Source: Fimbriosthenelais zetlandica (taxonomy: Eukaryota). Taken from it: a DNA stretch of 64,000 bases. The position numbers and the translations under genes were made by a program. The stretch is from contig OZ365109.1 of the NCBI GenBank assembly GCA_977030845.1, positions 53,134,001 through 53,198,000 on the forward strand, written 5' to 3'. Positions 40,101 to 55,100 of the stretch are shown here, in pieces. Numbering within the stretch: position 1 is the stretch's first letter; every line of letters begins with the position of its first letter. The notes under the pieces are model-generated. The model made no database searches. It was not told the origin of the DNA and worked only from the letters and a program-made list of their open reading frames with translations.

Positions 40101-43100
40101 ATTGAATATATTCCTCTATATATTGGAATGATATGAGAACTCTAGAGTTGAACGTCTCCTATATATTAATTAACTCGTAATATATAATGGTTACGTCATT
40201 GTCTGGCCTGTAATAATTTATGTAACATCCCCCACATTCAGATAAGATTTATAATTAATCAATTGTCTCTTAACCTTTTAATATGTGTACAGATGCTTTC
40301 TTAAATTCACTCACGCTTTGTATAAATGGAAAAAAACCCTTGCTCATGATATCCCTAATATCACCGTCCTCAATATATTTTCTCAATAAAATATCACAAG
40401 ACGGCAAAATGGTAGAGCTAATAACCTAGTATATACCAGTTCTCGCCTAGATAGAGGCATGTAAAGCCCAATATTGGCTTTGAGGTGAATGTTAGGGGAT
40501 TTCTTGCCCACTTGTTATTCATTGCACACAAGGTTGTCTAACGATGCAGCCCTCGAGTGCCAATGTGTCTCCCCTCAACAATGTCTAGCCAGTGCAGCCT
40601 CCTGAACATCCCTCCTTTGTTCTATTTATCTCAGTATGCCAAAGTTGTCATGGAGTTGGACTAACAAACCCGACTCTTTTTACCTGTAAACCCTATAGAC
40701 CCAGGCCCGCAACACCTCGTTTCATTTCTAACCCCCCGAGTCAACCTTCATGTTACGTCCATCCCTATCCGTGCTCCTCACTTTTCTCCTCTTTCATTAT
40801 AAGGCCATAGATCACCTGTCAGATCGAATTATATACCCAATAACTTTAAACACAATTATTTCCAACCTGTCCAATCAGAAGTAAATAATTCCGTATGGAT
40901 TCTTTTCAAATTAAAACCTGGAGAGATTTTTCAGTGTTCTAAAATGACTTTACTTCACAGATGGATCAGTCATTGGAAAGAAGGAAACTACCTGTTAATA
41001 TACTTAACCCAAAACTAACACTGATTCATCTATATATATATACTACTACGAAGGGGATCCCTTAGGTACCAGGGCCTCACCAGGAAAAGAATCGAAGATA
41101 ATTGAGCACCAGATTCATAAGCAATCATTTTGCAAGAATTTTCTCATATAATTTTCTCTACATAATGTAAACTGTACATAGGCATAAATGATGATAAAAG
41201 ATAAAAGCTAGATTCAAACCTACACGCATCTATTATGCTGCAGGCTTTTATCATATTTCTTTGGGTACAGTGGGGTGCCTGAGCCTCCAAGATATTTACT
41301 TGCTCTTTCATAAATACACTCCACTATATTATGATATTGCCTGAGATCTTAGTATGTCATTATACAGGACCATGTATCCTATAGATTTATGCAGTGTTTT
41401 AAAGTATAGATAGATCTGATAATATATTAAATGTAACACCATTGGAGTTCTATAGCTATTGCAATTATAATATACCCCTGTAAAAATATTTTAGGCTGTG
41501 TTCAAGTGAACAAATGTTGCTTCCTGGCCTCAGAGAAATACCTGCCCTCCAGGGTAACATTATGAACCCTGACAAGAACCCAGGTAAGATAGAAGAACCC
41601 ACTAGTTGTACCCCTGACCTCAATCTTACCAGGTTTCAAAGCCTGAGAAGTGCTCAACTGTCTTGACCCATATAAAACACTAGCCTGATGCAAGCTGGCA
41701 TAGGTAGAAGACCCCCTTCTACCTATTCTCTCCATGTCGTCCTCACAAATGGCTGGGCAAGAAGTAAAAACATTTTGACAAAAAGTTCATGAACGGCAAC
41801 AAAACTTGTTGAACTTCTGAGGCATGGAGTCTATTATTTGATGGGGACATCGAGATTCATGGAAATAATGTCATGTTTTTTGCCTATATAATAATATTAC
41901 CTGCAAGGTTGGAATGGCTGACCTTTAAGATGTATGACTATTCGCATTCAATTGAGCAGATTACTACTTTAAAATATTCAATCTGCAAAGCATACATCAA
42001 ATAATTAATACTATATATGCGTGTTGCCATCCCATTTATAATCGAGCTCCGTTTTGATTGTCTACATGTTTATGGCATTCTCAGGGGCGCGAACAATGAA
42101 CAATATCACAGCGAGACAAAGTAAACTTTCAAGGGTTGTGGAAGTATAAAAAGCGAGCAGAGAGATGTATGGCTTGAGTAGCCTACTTCTACAGCGTGAC
42201 GAGCTGCGAGATAGAAGTATTCACAAGGCAAGCGAGCTGCTCAGACAGGCTCAGGTTACAACTCAGGGAATTCTCCTGTGGAATGTCTAACTTGAAGAAA
42301 TGTGTGGCATCCACCGGAGTTACCGTAAACACACTATAAGGTGGGGAGCTGGGTTGTGGGCTTATTGTTCCTGAGGGCCTAGTACAAAGCTACCCGGGTT
42401 AGGGTTGTAATTTCCCAGCAGTAATGAGAATAGGAAAGGAAAGACCGTTTGGAACCAATCGTTGGAATCATTGGGGAATGTTTCAAGAAGAGAGTATGTA
42501 TGGGTTTTTTTTTGCCTCTCATACAAATGACCTATTTTGTTCACTGAACATATGTGATTGTTTGTGTAATCCTCTGTAAATAATATAGGATTTTAGACAG
42601 GTGTAATTTATGGGGGGATTTAGTTACTTTGTTTTAGAAAAGTTTTTTTCAATAAGTCTACGGTGATAACCGAAAGTTTGGCTGTAATGCGAGTAAGCGT
42701 GTGTGACAGACACACAAACATAAACAGGAACACCCAAAGGTGTGTATATCCAAAAAGCAAAGAATAATAGGGAGTCGTCCAGAGAAAATATTTACAAAAT
42801 AACCTGAATCAGCCTGCAAAGATCAAAGGTCGTCATCACATTCAAACTGGTTGGCTTGAAGGTGGGCGTTAGGGAAGGTGTCCTCTACAAATAATTCATA
42901 TTCCTCTGTATTTTGTTCATAAGTGACCTTTGATCAAACTAGTTTTCAATGGAAGTGTAAGGATGATAAAGCAAAGTAAATTACAAACTACCATTGTAAT
43001 TGTAATTACAACAAAAATATTTTAATGAAGAGGTCAGTGATAATTGGCAGTGGAGGCAAAATTTAGTGTATGCAAATTTAGTGTACTGTATACGTCATCA

Positions 43101-46100
43101 GTGCGGTATGCAAACCACATTGCGCTGAATAAGAAAAGAAAAATGGAGAAAACCCCCCATAAAAAGTGAAGACCTGTATGTGTTAATGGTATAAGGTAGT
43201 GGAGGCTTTAGTGAAACAACCCTGTTTGTGGGTTTCCAGGTGTTTGCAAAGCAGTGTTAGTCATCTGGAAACCATTAGAGTGTACAGCTTGAGGGATCCA
43301 TCCTCTTATTAAGGGATGGCATCAAAATTTTACATGATGCATAGATCTAAAAATGATAGATAAGAAATCCAATACAAGTATGAGCAGACGACATGGACTG
43401 TACTAAGATACGGTGCATCTTTATTTCTATATCTCAGGCAATATGTTAACTGATGGAAGCAACTGGGTCAGAGTGCCTCATATGTGTTTCAAATGTCTTC
43501 TATTGAAAATAGACAGAGTTCAAGGAAACATAGTTTCCTTGGTGAAGTTTACAGCTCTATAGGAACATCTTAGCCGTTTGATACCAACTTATATGAATTC
43601 AATGAAGCATATGAATTCAATTTTAGAATTCCCAATACAACTATCGAAGGTCATGTTAGAGCAATGTAGTTGAAACCTTGAAAAGGCCATCCATCCTGCA
43701 CTAGATTTAAGGCCTTGAGAAGGAGGTCTGAAATATACGAGTCTAGGCCATATGAATCAAGCTTTTGGCTGTAAACACATTCACATGCAATAAAACATTT
43801 CAATATTACAACCTTACACCAATGAATGAGTGCTTTAATCTTTTCGAGTTCATTGACTGAGCCCTTGGCCTATTAGCCTGGTATGACTATCGGCAGTGCT
43901 GTGATATAGAAACATTTTTCACGGAATCATACCAATTTCTTAGGTTTGACGGCTCACTTTTCTCATAAAGGTCAAGGCCAGCTTTTTCCTTAAGGCAAAA
44001 GCGTGATCTATGAGGAGTATTCATAATACATAATCCACTGCAGAATACATGTAGTTATTTTAAAATGTAAATGTAAACAACTTGACTGGATATAAATTCT
44101 CATAATGCATTCTATTCACTCAGCCATTCAATATTTGAATTGGTTGGACCAATCTTCAAGTAAATGTAAAATGAGTGAAAGTTATTGATAGTAGTATGCA
44201 TTTTTAATACACGTCCATGATATTTTATAGAACAATATCTTTCCCCTCTCCTCTCTACTTAGCTCTCCCTCCTTTCCTTTCCTTTCCTTTCCCTCCTTTC
44301 CTTTCCTCTCCTCTCTCTCCCCCTCTCCCTCCATTCTTCTATGGTAGGTTCTATGGTAAGCTGATTGAAGTCAAATTATCATTTAAGGCCTTTTATGGCA
44401 GGCCAAATCTACACAGAATGGAAGATGCCATGTATATAACTACAAAGCTGCTTACTTAATATTTGGCTACCATTGGCTACTACTATTCCATGCTTCATAA
44501 TCATTTCTAATCATTTAATCTCTTACAATTGCCACTTCTTATGCAATGCCATACTTATGAATAGCATTACAATGCCTACTTGCAAGTAATCAACAAGTTC
44601 CAAGCATTGGCCTTATCCATTTTTTAAACATTATCTTAATATTTTCATTGACCTATTTCATTTGCACTCAAAAATCCACCCTGAACTGGGTTTATTTTTG
44701 AAAGTTCAAGTAATTCATACCAGAGCAATAGCCTTAGTGTATGTCGTAAAAATGCTGGTAGAGGTGAAAAAGTTGGCAGACAGGAGGAGCAGGTTGGAGA
44801 ACTCCCACCAGGGGGCATTATATGCTCCGAGTAGCTCCGATCATTATTCACAAACAGATGACCTATATAGAGATCAGGGAGAGGGGCATCAGGTAGGGGG
44901 CTGCACTATTATCCTACCCTAAACCCCCATCAGCGACCCCCCAACACACATACCTCACCCCACTCCATCATGTCTCATAGACATCAACCTAATACTTCAC
45001 AATGCACAGGTAGGAAAAGCTTCATAGTGGGAAGTTCGTGCATGAGTCCAGTTCTATACGGCCTGAGATATGCTCCCTTGCTACACCTTTTGGTCTCTGC
45101 TCGCTATGTCAAAATGGAAGAGGCCTCGAACGAGACTTGTTTGCTTTGTTACAGATTGGAAATGCTCTAATCTTTTCTTTCTGTTGAATTACTAGCGGAA
45201 AACTGCTATTTGCAACGAGGGGCTATTTCCAGCCTGGTACCCTATCATAAACAATATCATAGAATAACACGGTAGCCTTTTTCAATAGCATTATTTCATG
45301 TCAATTCATTTTGGTCTAAATCGTGTAATGGACATGTCGTATGGTTTCCTAAAATGGAGTGCCTCCGAAACAATTTCCCTGCCTTTATAGCCTTGTAAAG
45401 GTTTTGGTAGCCTGTAATATGTGGGTTATCAGATATTTGAGAATGAATAGATAGGTCCCGACCTTATCAGAATGCCACTTCATTCTATTGAATTACAAAT
45501 ACCTCAGAAGGGGATCAATCAAGTCGCCTTGTATTTGGAAAAGGCCAAGAAGGCTGGGATAGACGTAGGTAGATTCTGAGACAATTGGCTCTCTGCTTTA
45601 GTGGTAATCCCTGAAAAAGTATGATCTGTCTTGGTTGCCATCCCGAAGGATGTTTAAAAAAAAAAGGGGGCACTCGGTACATCTGATTAAAGAACTGTCT
45701 ATTTGGCAAGCTAAAACACATTCAGCATTGCTGATTTAATCCTATTAAAAAGGCACTGGGAATAGTGGGCAATGTACTGCATCTCCGTTCAAATACTTAG
45801 ACGTAATAGGCGGTTAAGATTTGTTAAAGTTGCCACAATAGTGTACTCTGTAGTGTACAAGTGGTGGAATCTCGGTTGGAAGGACTGCTATTCTTTCCAC
45901 TAACCTTTCAGTAAACCCAGGCATCCAGTCATGAACATTTCCATTCCTTTCGGCAGCAGAGTGCAAGAACAGCGTAAATCATTTAGAGACCCGAAGCATT
46001 CAAAGACACAAAGGATGTGATGGGGGTTGCATGACCCATGATCCCCCCTTTAAGACCAGGAGTCGTGTTAATGCAGCAGCAGTAGCAGCTAGAGCTTGTT

Positions 46101-49100
46101 TTACCAAACCTTCATAGAACCCTGTAATGTTGTGCTAAGGCCGATAGCATCGGAGCATCAAATGTAGTGCGGTGTACGATAAAATCTGTCTGACGGCCTA
46201 GTAAGCTTGATTAAGCAAACCGAGCCCAGTGGAGGTAGCAGAACCATGGACTGAGATCTAATGCTAGAAGCTGCTAAAGCTATTATCCTTAACAATCACA
46301 TGAAAGGTTTATTTAGTGTATACTAAACACACTGAACTATACACTTCCTTCGTGCCTTCATTCCTGGACTGGAGTCAGTCCCCATCCCGTGCACGTCCTT
46401 CCTTCATATCTTCCCTCATTCCCTCTCAGGACATGCTTCAGATCCCTGACACATTAAGTTCTTTGCAAAATTAAGTTCCTATTATAAAACCCTGACTGAG
46501 CTCTTTCTGCCAATATAGGCTAATCACTTAATTCCATTACAGAAGGATATCTGAGCAAAATCTATAGACAGCTGGAACTTTTTCTCACTACTGTCTATCG
46601 TTTTACTTTTCCCTGACCTCATTCCAGAAGACAATGTCAGTTGAGCTTAGGATTTTTCATTATCGTTCTTTTAATATCATCGCTGGATACATTCATATAT
46701 CTTTATATCTTCTGCATACAGTGCTGCCTTCGAAAATCTTAGGAAAGTTGAATGAAATTTCCGAATGCAATTTCTCGGTTTCACATTTTACGGACAGACT
46801 TCATAGTCAAATCCCCATTATGTGCCCAAAAAACATTGTTCCATCCATCTACACCCACGAGGCCGAGTCCATCAGAATAAATATTGCAAGCACGAATGCA
46901 TATCAATGTTCGTCAACAATCTAAATCAAAAATACCATGCTCAGTCCATCAGCCATTGGCATCTACATCGCGGCAGCTACATCAACATGCATATTGCATT
47001 GTTTTTAACACCCACCCTGGCACATCAAAAGGACAGAGATAGCAAGTGAATGGCCTTAGGGCCTGAACTGGTGGAAGAATAAAGTGTAAGAGCAGATTTC
47101 CTCTGTGTTAGACCGCAGTCTCTCTCCCCTTGCTATGGACTCTTAGCTATATTCTATTAGTAACTACAGAATTGAAGAATAATCGAAGGGGAACCCTGTA
47201 ATAAGATTTCTCTTGATTCAATTTATCACTCAGTCTTCATTAAGGCACTTGTGATTCCATTGTGAGGCGGGGAAGGACTTCTTCAGATTAGTGAAGGAGA
47301 AATTTCAATAAATTTGGCATAAAAATGCCTCCTTCATGCCGTTGGGTTGGATGCATCGCTCAAATTGCTACCTTCATCTAACAAATGGAAGGCATCTCGT
47401 TAGAACAACTGCTGAAAGGAAAATCTTTCAAATCTGAATCGATGCTTCTATGATTATAAATACTTGGTGTCTCTACTTCCGAAATAATCAACCTGAATTT
47501 TTCGATATTTGCCAGAGACAGAAACAATTGCAGCTGATCAGCGCGTGAACCCATTAACACATAGTACAGTTTTGAGTACATGCAGATGCGTGGATTTAAA
47601 CAAATATGAAGAATTTGTTCCAACTTATCCAGACTGCTTAAAATTAAACATAGGCTAGAATTATTTTCAGTCAACATAAAATCCATTGCTGAAAATATTC
47701 ATACATGAACTTATCTACAAGGAAACCCCAATTCACTCACTGCATCCTTCATTTCCATCCAACTGTATTTCAACAGCCTCAGAATCTGCTCCTTAAGGTG
47801 CTTGTTATGAAGTAATTACTCTCAGAAAGATGAGTGATGTTTTTCACACTTAAATCACACAAGGAACGCAGCTTTGAAGGATGGAGGAGGATTCCTTTGC
47901 TCTGGACACGGTTCCAATCAGGATTACTTAAAATCTTAAAGCAGCCATTTCATGTGTAGTTACCCACATTATTTGCCACTCAAACCTTTACAAGAGGCGG
48001 GGATCGCATTAGGTCGTGTAAGAAATGCCCGAGTAGGCCATACCTGCGTCGGGCGAAGATATTTAGGCGTATGCCATTGAGTGGATATGATCATATTTGA
48101 GGCTACCAATAAGGGAAGAAGGGAGGGGCCGATCCGCCTTTAGGATGTGACATGCTTGGTATGGTGGAAGTTCATCGCGTTTCAGAGCTAAGTGACCATA
48201 ATAATCTTATCTAGAACCACTGTAGTAGCCTCTAAGTGGTGGTGGGTTTTCTATAGGCCCTACTTATTCCTGCACGTGCAACCACTTTCAAGGCTCAATG
48301 TAGAATGCATATAATACTAGCCGATGGCTGAAGGCTCTGTGGAAGGGCGTTATGAATAATACATCAAGGTTAATAACACAGGTCTTCTTTTGTTGTTTTC
48401 CTCAGCAATTTTCCGAGAAGCAGGTGTGCTTGGTTCTGCTTGATTATCAAATGAACTTAGCGTATCCCAGAAAATGTGATCAGAAAACTTAAACTGCGGA
48501 ACTATATGCAAGTCTTTACCTTCACATAAGGCATTGGATATTAAAACTAATTGGCCATTCTGAAAAAGTTGCCCAGGAAATGAAGTAAAGCCTCATAAAG
48601 CAAATCAACACAGTCACGTCTTGAAAACACAGGCATATTTACCGGCATATTTTGGTCGCCAGTTTACCCACGTAATTGAACATCACATTCGCCCAGATTT
48701 CCAGTATCTGGCCAGCTCAGCCAGGCTGTCTGCAGCAATCTGTGTTGATCCTTCTCTCCCGCCTTGTCTAACAAATCCACCAAGCTCCTATTACGGCACC
48801 GCCAACGTGATGACGTTCCCGCGGGACAAACCGGAACCTTCCCATCGCAATTTCTATTTCCGGTACGTTCGAATGCGGTCAGGCTGCATTGGACTGAGTT
48901 TGTGATGGACAAGCTCTTTAGTCATACCCGATCTCACCAGAAATTCTATCCCAATGGTGTTCTTAGTCCCCACTACTATGCAATGTTACACAGAGCCTAC
49001 ATTGTCATTCTGATCATGATTTATCACGACACGGCCGCCGGTTGAAAGCCATGACGTCTTGTTAGGAGGCAATATACTAAAGTCTAAAATGCGCTACCAC

Positions 49101-52100
49101 GCGTGCCCCAAACGACATGGACCAATCGCTGTCAGCGTCTTGAAATCAATTTAGATAATTTGGCTTTGAACACATGCAGCAGTCGGTTGTGATCATTTCT
49201 GAGTGTGTCTGATGTGTCATAAATCTGATGGTGGGGAGGGGGGTTGGGAAGGGGAAGGGGAGGGGGAGCGGCTCTTATAGGGAAGGCCAGCTTGTAGTGG
49301 GCTGCCTGGAAATGGAGGTGGACGAGGGAGACATCTCGCACCTCGGGCCCAGGTCATCCCTGGCAGGCCATAACCTTAACACCCTGGAACTAAATCAAGT
49401 ACCACTATCCCCCAGTTCCATCAATCAAAAACAGGCTCCTGCCCTCATGCTTTGCCCAGTGCAGGGACAGATCAGGACGTACAAAAGCTCTAGACCATGC
49501 AATCTGGCACCTCAATGCTTATGGCGAGCTGGAGCTAGCAGGCAAATGGTGCATCCCTACTCGGACTGCCACCATCCCCCCAGCCCAGCCTCCCCCACCC
49601 TCATCACCACTAGCTCTATACCCACAATATCTGACCACACATGTACGCCCTATCTTTCCACTTCACTACAGACGTGTGTCAAACGTCGAGACAGACGTAT
49701 CTAGTCAGAACCGAAGCACTGCCTTCCCAAGAATCGTACTGGGCAAAATCCGATAGAACCCGACTGGCAGGCAAGTCATTGTGATTGAGAAATGATGCAT
49801 TGGCGGTGTGATACCATGCACCGACCTCTGAAATACACGACTGGTTTTAAATGGTGTCCACTCGCAGAATATGCCTATGGATTTCCAGCCTGCCATCTCA
49901 TATCAAAGCTAGGAACATTTCTAATTCAGATCGTTCTTATACATATTCACTGTCACCAGGTCAGAAACGAATCCTACATGTGAAACCCATGAATGATATT
50001 AGAAGTCACCATGGTATTTCAGAAGTGAATGCCTTATCTCATTGATAAAAACTGGCTCCAATGCTAATTTTACCCAAACAGGACATGGGTCCAGATGCAG
50101 ATTAATAATACTAAATTCACGCTTGGGTGAAACATCAGCGCTTCATCAGCATGAATTGGAGTTTAATTTTCTTCTACCATGATTAAGTGCCATAAACGTT
50201 GTTCTATTCATGAGGGTAGTCCTTTTGCAGACATGGAGCTAAGATATGCATCGCCATTTCACATAAGCATGGGGCTGAGCCCTATTCACCGAAAATAGAT
50301 GCATTTTCTCATTCATGGTCTCGACATGACCTCGCATGATATGCTTCGGATGCTCAGAGTACAGGCCTGTGTTTGCGACAGCCATAAAACTGCGCCAATT
50401 GCGACAGGAGGCAATACAAAGCAAGCCTTATTGACTGTGGTAAAAGAATCACTGTATATATATCATCAATACTGATTAGTCCCCGTGCCTGGATTCCCCT
50501 AGCCTTGATATGGTCTTCAGTTTTTGTTCTGGTTAATGAACACAATTGCATTTATGGATGGTTTTTATGTATCAACAAAATGTTGTGGTTTTTGCTCAGA
50601 AGCTATGGGAACACTACAACCTTGACTGCGATTAGCTAGCTTATAGATTTCTGGGGGCTGTTCCAGACGTTGCACAACATTTGTCGATATAACTAAAGTT
50701 GATGACCACATAGATCTTTGTTAAACAAACCCCGATCCTTAGTAACCAGATGCCTTGAATATTCAGCAAGGTGAAACCCTGATTGATTTCTTTAACCCTC
50801 TATGTATTATCTTTAATCAAGGAGAATATATATACATGTTAGGCCCTGGATATTGATAGGGTGATTCGTCGATCAATTTTCCTTTTGAAAATTTTGCTTA
50901 CATATTCACCTGAAATCCCTGACAAATCTGTAGATGTCAGAATATATCACAAGGTACCATTCTTTTGAAATATAACCAAGAAAAGAAATCATATATGTTA
51001 TTCCATACTGAATGTGAGATCGGCTCTCAAGTTCTGCTTTCTCATCCATTACTATTTGGCCTATATACATCATACGCATTGCAAAAATAGATAGTGTATG
51101 ATCCGGCCGGGGAAAGATAAATACTCTAATAAATCATTCTGAATTATGACGAGTTTAGATATTCACTCTGATCAATCTATTTGCCATGACAGATGGTGAA
51201 CCTTCTGATGTATATAAAGTTACAGAATTAAATCAATACCATGATTAAATCATGACTAATGATGGAGCCCAAGACCCTTCCCATACAAGATAAAGGAGAT
51301 ATTTTTAAAGTTAAGCAAGATAATGTTAACCCTATGGAAAAACCTGTAAGCATCTCGCCTGCATGATGATCGATGTAGGACCTGTGCATATCCCTTTCGA
51401 AACTTCTCTCTTAAAATGAACATAATAAGCTGATCTGCAGACTGTAGTCTCACTATTTTCACCCAAACCCAAACCCCAGTAAGGAAGTTGAAAATGAGTG
51501 TCTTCCAAAACAGACTGTGGCAATTTGTCCATATCTTCATACGAAGGAATTTCCTCTACTGTATAAACTAGCTATTACCCTGATTAAAATTTTGTCTGCC
51601 TCCATGCTGAAGATCCAACACCAGGGGCCTGTTTCAGCGTATAAATTTCCCATAGACTTAGCATTGCTAATCGTTGTTCTGAAACAGACCCCAGGAGTGA
51701 CCAACGTTCGGACTGTATGACATGAGATGATGAGATACAATGATTGCAGGGTCCCAGGTATCTGGTAACTTTGGAATGGAATGAATAACCTCTTATGTTC
51801 AAAGACATTGGCCAAGGGTGAGAGTAGTTCCCTGGCAGTAGTATATGCACAGATTATACCACTCTCGACAAAAAAATATGAAGTGAATCAATAAAATATT
51901 TGGTACTCACCTCAGCATAGTCATCTTCATTTTTTAAGTGCGCGGCGACGAATCGCACTGCTTCTATGGCCTTGTGAGTTTCTGGAGTTAAGATGAAGCT
52001 GCTTTCTCCGCTCATATCAGCTTCAGTCTTGGTTCTCTCTGATGCGGAAGTCTTACGGTTCATTTTACAATTAGGATGATGCATCTCGGAGAGTTCTAAC

Positions 52101-55100
52101 AGGTCCGAACGGGCATTGACAGCAAACTGTCGGATCTCCCGCTCTTGCTGGCTTGGATTGCTATTCCGAGTGTAGGACTTTTTCATCCACCGCTCGTTGT
52201 GGTTTGGTCTTTTCATGAACAATATCCTGGGAAGGTAATTAAGAAAGAGCAACCGCACCCACTTGGGCATGCGATGAGTCCGTGGGGTACGGAAATTCCA
52301 GTTTATAATTATGACAGTGATGAGAATAGTAAATATGTTCATTATGAATGTGAAGAGTAGATATTTGGCGATGAGAGGGATGGTAATGGAAGTCGGTGGT
52401 AGGATTTTTGATACCAGAAGGAGGAACACGACTAAGGCCAGAAGGATGGATATGCACATGGTCATCTTCTCTCCCGCGTCAGCAGGTAGGTAAAACACAC
52501 AAACGCTTAGAAAAGATATTAACACGCACGGTATGATCAGATTGACCGTATAAAAGAGTGTCTTCCGACGTATACGCAGAATGAACGTTATCTGTGCGGT
52601 ATGGTGACCCTCCACTGGGTCGAGGCGGTAATCGTATTTCCCGGGACACGCAATGATATCCCATGTACCGCTATTTACATAGTCACTAAGGTCCACCTTC
52701 TCTTGACCCTCGTACCAGTCTAAGGCCACCTGGTCACCGTTAAAGGTCCAGGAGCCAAATTTCATTTCACATTCCTGCTGGTCAAAGGGGAAATACTGAA
52801 CATCTATGGTGCAGGAGCTTTTGTAGATGGCTGGAGGGATCCACAGCACATTGCCATCATGGTAGATTACCACATTGGGCTTATAACTCACTTCATACTT
52901 TCCATCAGCACTGAAAGAGAGCAGTAAAGAATAATCAGTTCATGATCTTTTACAAATTTTAAAATAAGTTAAGTTGTGATTTAGAGATCTGCCAAGTGCT
53001 ACTCTACTTGCTCTGATTACCGGATATCAAACACATTTCAACACAAAATGTTTGTCCCCTAATTGCCCTGACAATGGAGACCATCAGAGATTCAATTCTG
53101 TCATGCACTCACTTGTCTATACATTCAAGAGGAATACACAGGAAAGCAAACCCATTTCAATTCAATGTTGATTGGAAGATCCACTGCACTCTTCAGTACA
53201 CTTTCTTACTAGGTAGAACACATAATATATTGCATGGTGCTATTGCCTCCTATTACTATTTCCCAATTGAGCAGCAATAGACCCTCAAGAAACTGCCTTG
53301 GCTTTATAAGAAAGATCATAAGAAAGGAAAAAAAGCTCGGTCTCATTCAATACAAAAACATTAATATGTCCTCTTAAACTGGGTCCTTCGCTAAATGTTC
53401 CATATTAAACGGAGACAGCCGCCTACACCAGTGCCTGAATTGGTTCTTTATTTTATTTTATTATGTAGATAACATAGCAGAGGAGGTGGTTTTCTTTAGA
53501 TGGTTAATGTATGGCCCGGCCTGTACCCCTTCACATCCATCAAGTTCATTTTTTCTATCAGCAAAAGGCCACGATACAAGCAATGAATCATGGAATTTCA
53601 CATTAGGTGGGCATGCTCTATGATGGATGTCTTTAAATGGATGGCTGATTCAACTTGTGTCCGTTATCATCGTTAGATTACACGTGCAAGTCATGGACGA
53701 AATGCTCTAAATATTACCGACTGCTCCCCTATATTATAGTTCACATTTCGGTCTTTTTTGAACACAGATTGTACCAACAAATCATTGGTTGTCAGTAATA
53801 AAATTGTCGGTCTAAACAGACGAGGTGTTATAGGGTGCACTTTCTAACCCTTCACCATAATGACTTGATATATATACTGAGCTTTTCCATCAATCTCATA
53901 CCTTTGATAAGCAAATATAATACATTGCTTAGCTTATATTAGATGCAGTATGCTGAAAAGGACTGACGGTACACTCTCATAAAGACCTCTGTGGTTCTAA
54001 GTAATGCAATATTTGCCTATGCCTAACTGCACTCGTGGGAAGAATTCCAAATAGCATAGGATAAATCATCCTATTACAGAGTTTTATATTAGATTGAAAC
54101 TTGGACAGACACGGTTTAATGTATATAGGATGATTTATGATTGTCTTATGTTCCCCGAACCACCCAAAAATTAAACAAAAGACAAATAGGGGGATCCCAT
54201 TAACTCAAACAGAAAAGAATCACGATATACACCCAAGGACATCCCGGAGTGACCTCTGGAAGAAGAGCTTCAAGACGAGAGATCTGTCAGGAGAGGAGAT
54301 CCGTGCCAAGACAGCATGCATCAATGACGGACGATGGGTCGACCTAGGGGAAGCTTCTGGAAGGATTAATTACCACTTCTTGTTTGCTCACCGTCCCGCG
54401 ACCAGAGTCCAGCTCCAGAGCGCGGGTATATCAGAGGGCAGAAGGCCGGGATTTCCTCCAGATCTACTGGACCATTGTAATCTATGCTAATGTTGTTCCC
54501 TGGCGTTAACCAAGGCCCATGCTTGGTAAAACAAGCGGGAAGGCTCGGGGGAACAATGAGCTCTGAGCTGAGGCTGGAAGAGCTCGATTTGCTTGGTGGA
54601 GGGTTACAACATCCATGACCACTGAAGCTTTGGTGTGATTGGAGCTGGTCGATCTGGGGGGATATGTTGGGCTGTATAAGTCCAGTTTGTTACATGATCT
54701 TGGTGACCACCTAGATATAGACCTGTGGCAGTGGTGGTGGGAATAATATGAGTTATGAAATGGAGCTTTTGCATGTCTTTATGTCTTTGTTCTCCTTGGC
54801 TAGTCGAGCTGGACTAAACTGACCATGAACTGTGACCGAAGATGTATTTATAACCACAGATGTGTGGCCCTCTTGTTACCCATTGACTCATTTTTGGAAC
54901 AATGCTTAAATTTTACTGGAAGTGTTATGAAAAGTAGCCACAGGAAGAATTAATGTCGGCCTTACAAGCAGGGAATGAAGTCGAGAGAAGAAATTCATCA
55001 GGATCTAAATGTACACTGACAAGGAAGCAGCAATCGATCTTGTGAAACGAGTCCAGCGGAAAAGACAGAACGTAAACCAAAGAACAACAGCATGATTCAA

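Larger units (their letters stand above)
34137..51910 (-). other. 17.8-kb GT-AG intron of the nAChR gene (MA/M4 boundary)
   Basis: Bounded by gtgagt (plus 51905-51910) and ccag (plus ctgg 34137-34140); the flanking exons join in phase 0. Confidence 0.92.

Noticed and set aside
49228-49704. 158-aa plus-strand ORF and other 100-140 aa ORFs (37201..37611, 54137..54490, 1496..1837)
   Set aside because: No recognisable domain, no splice or start context, and biased composition; considered spurious.
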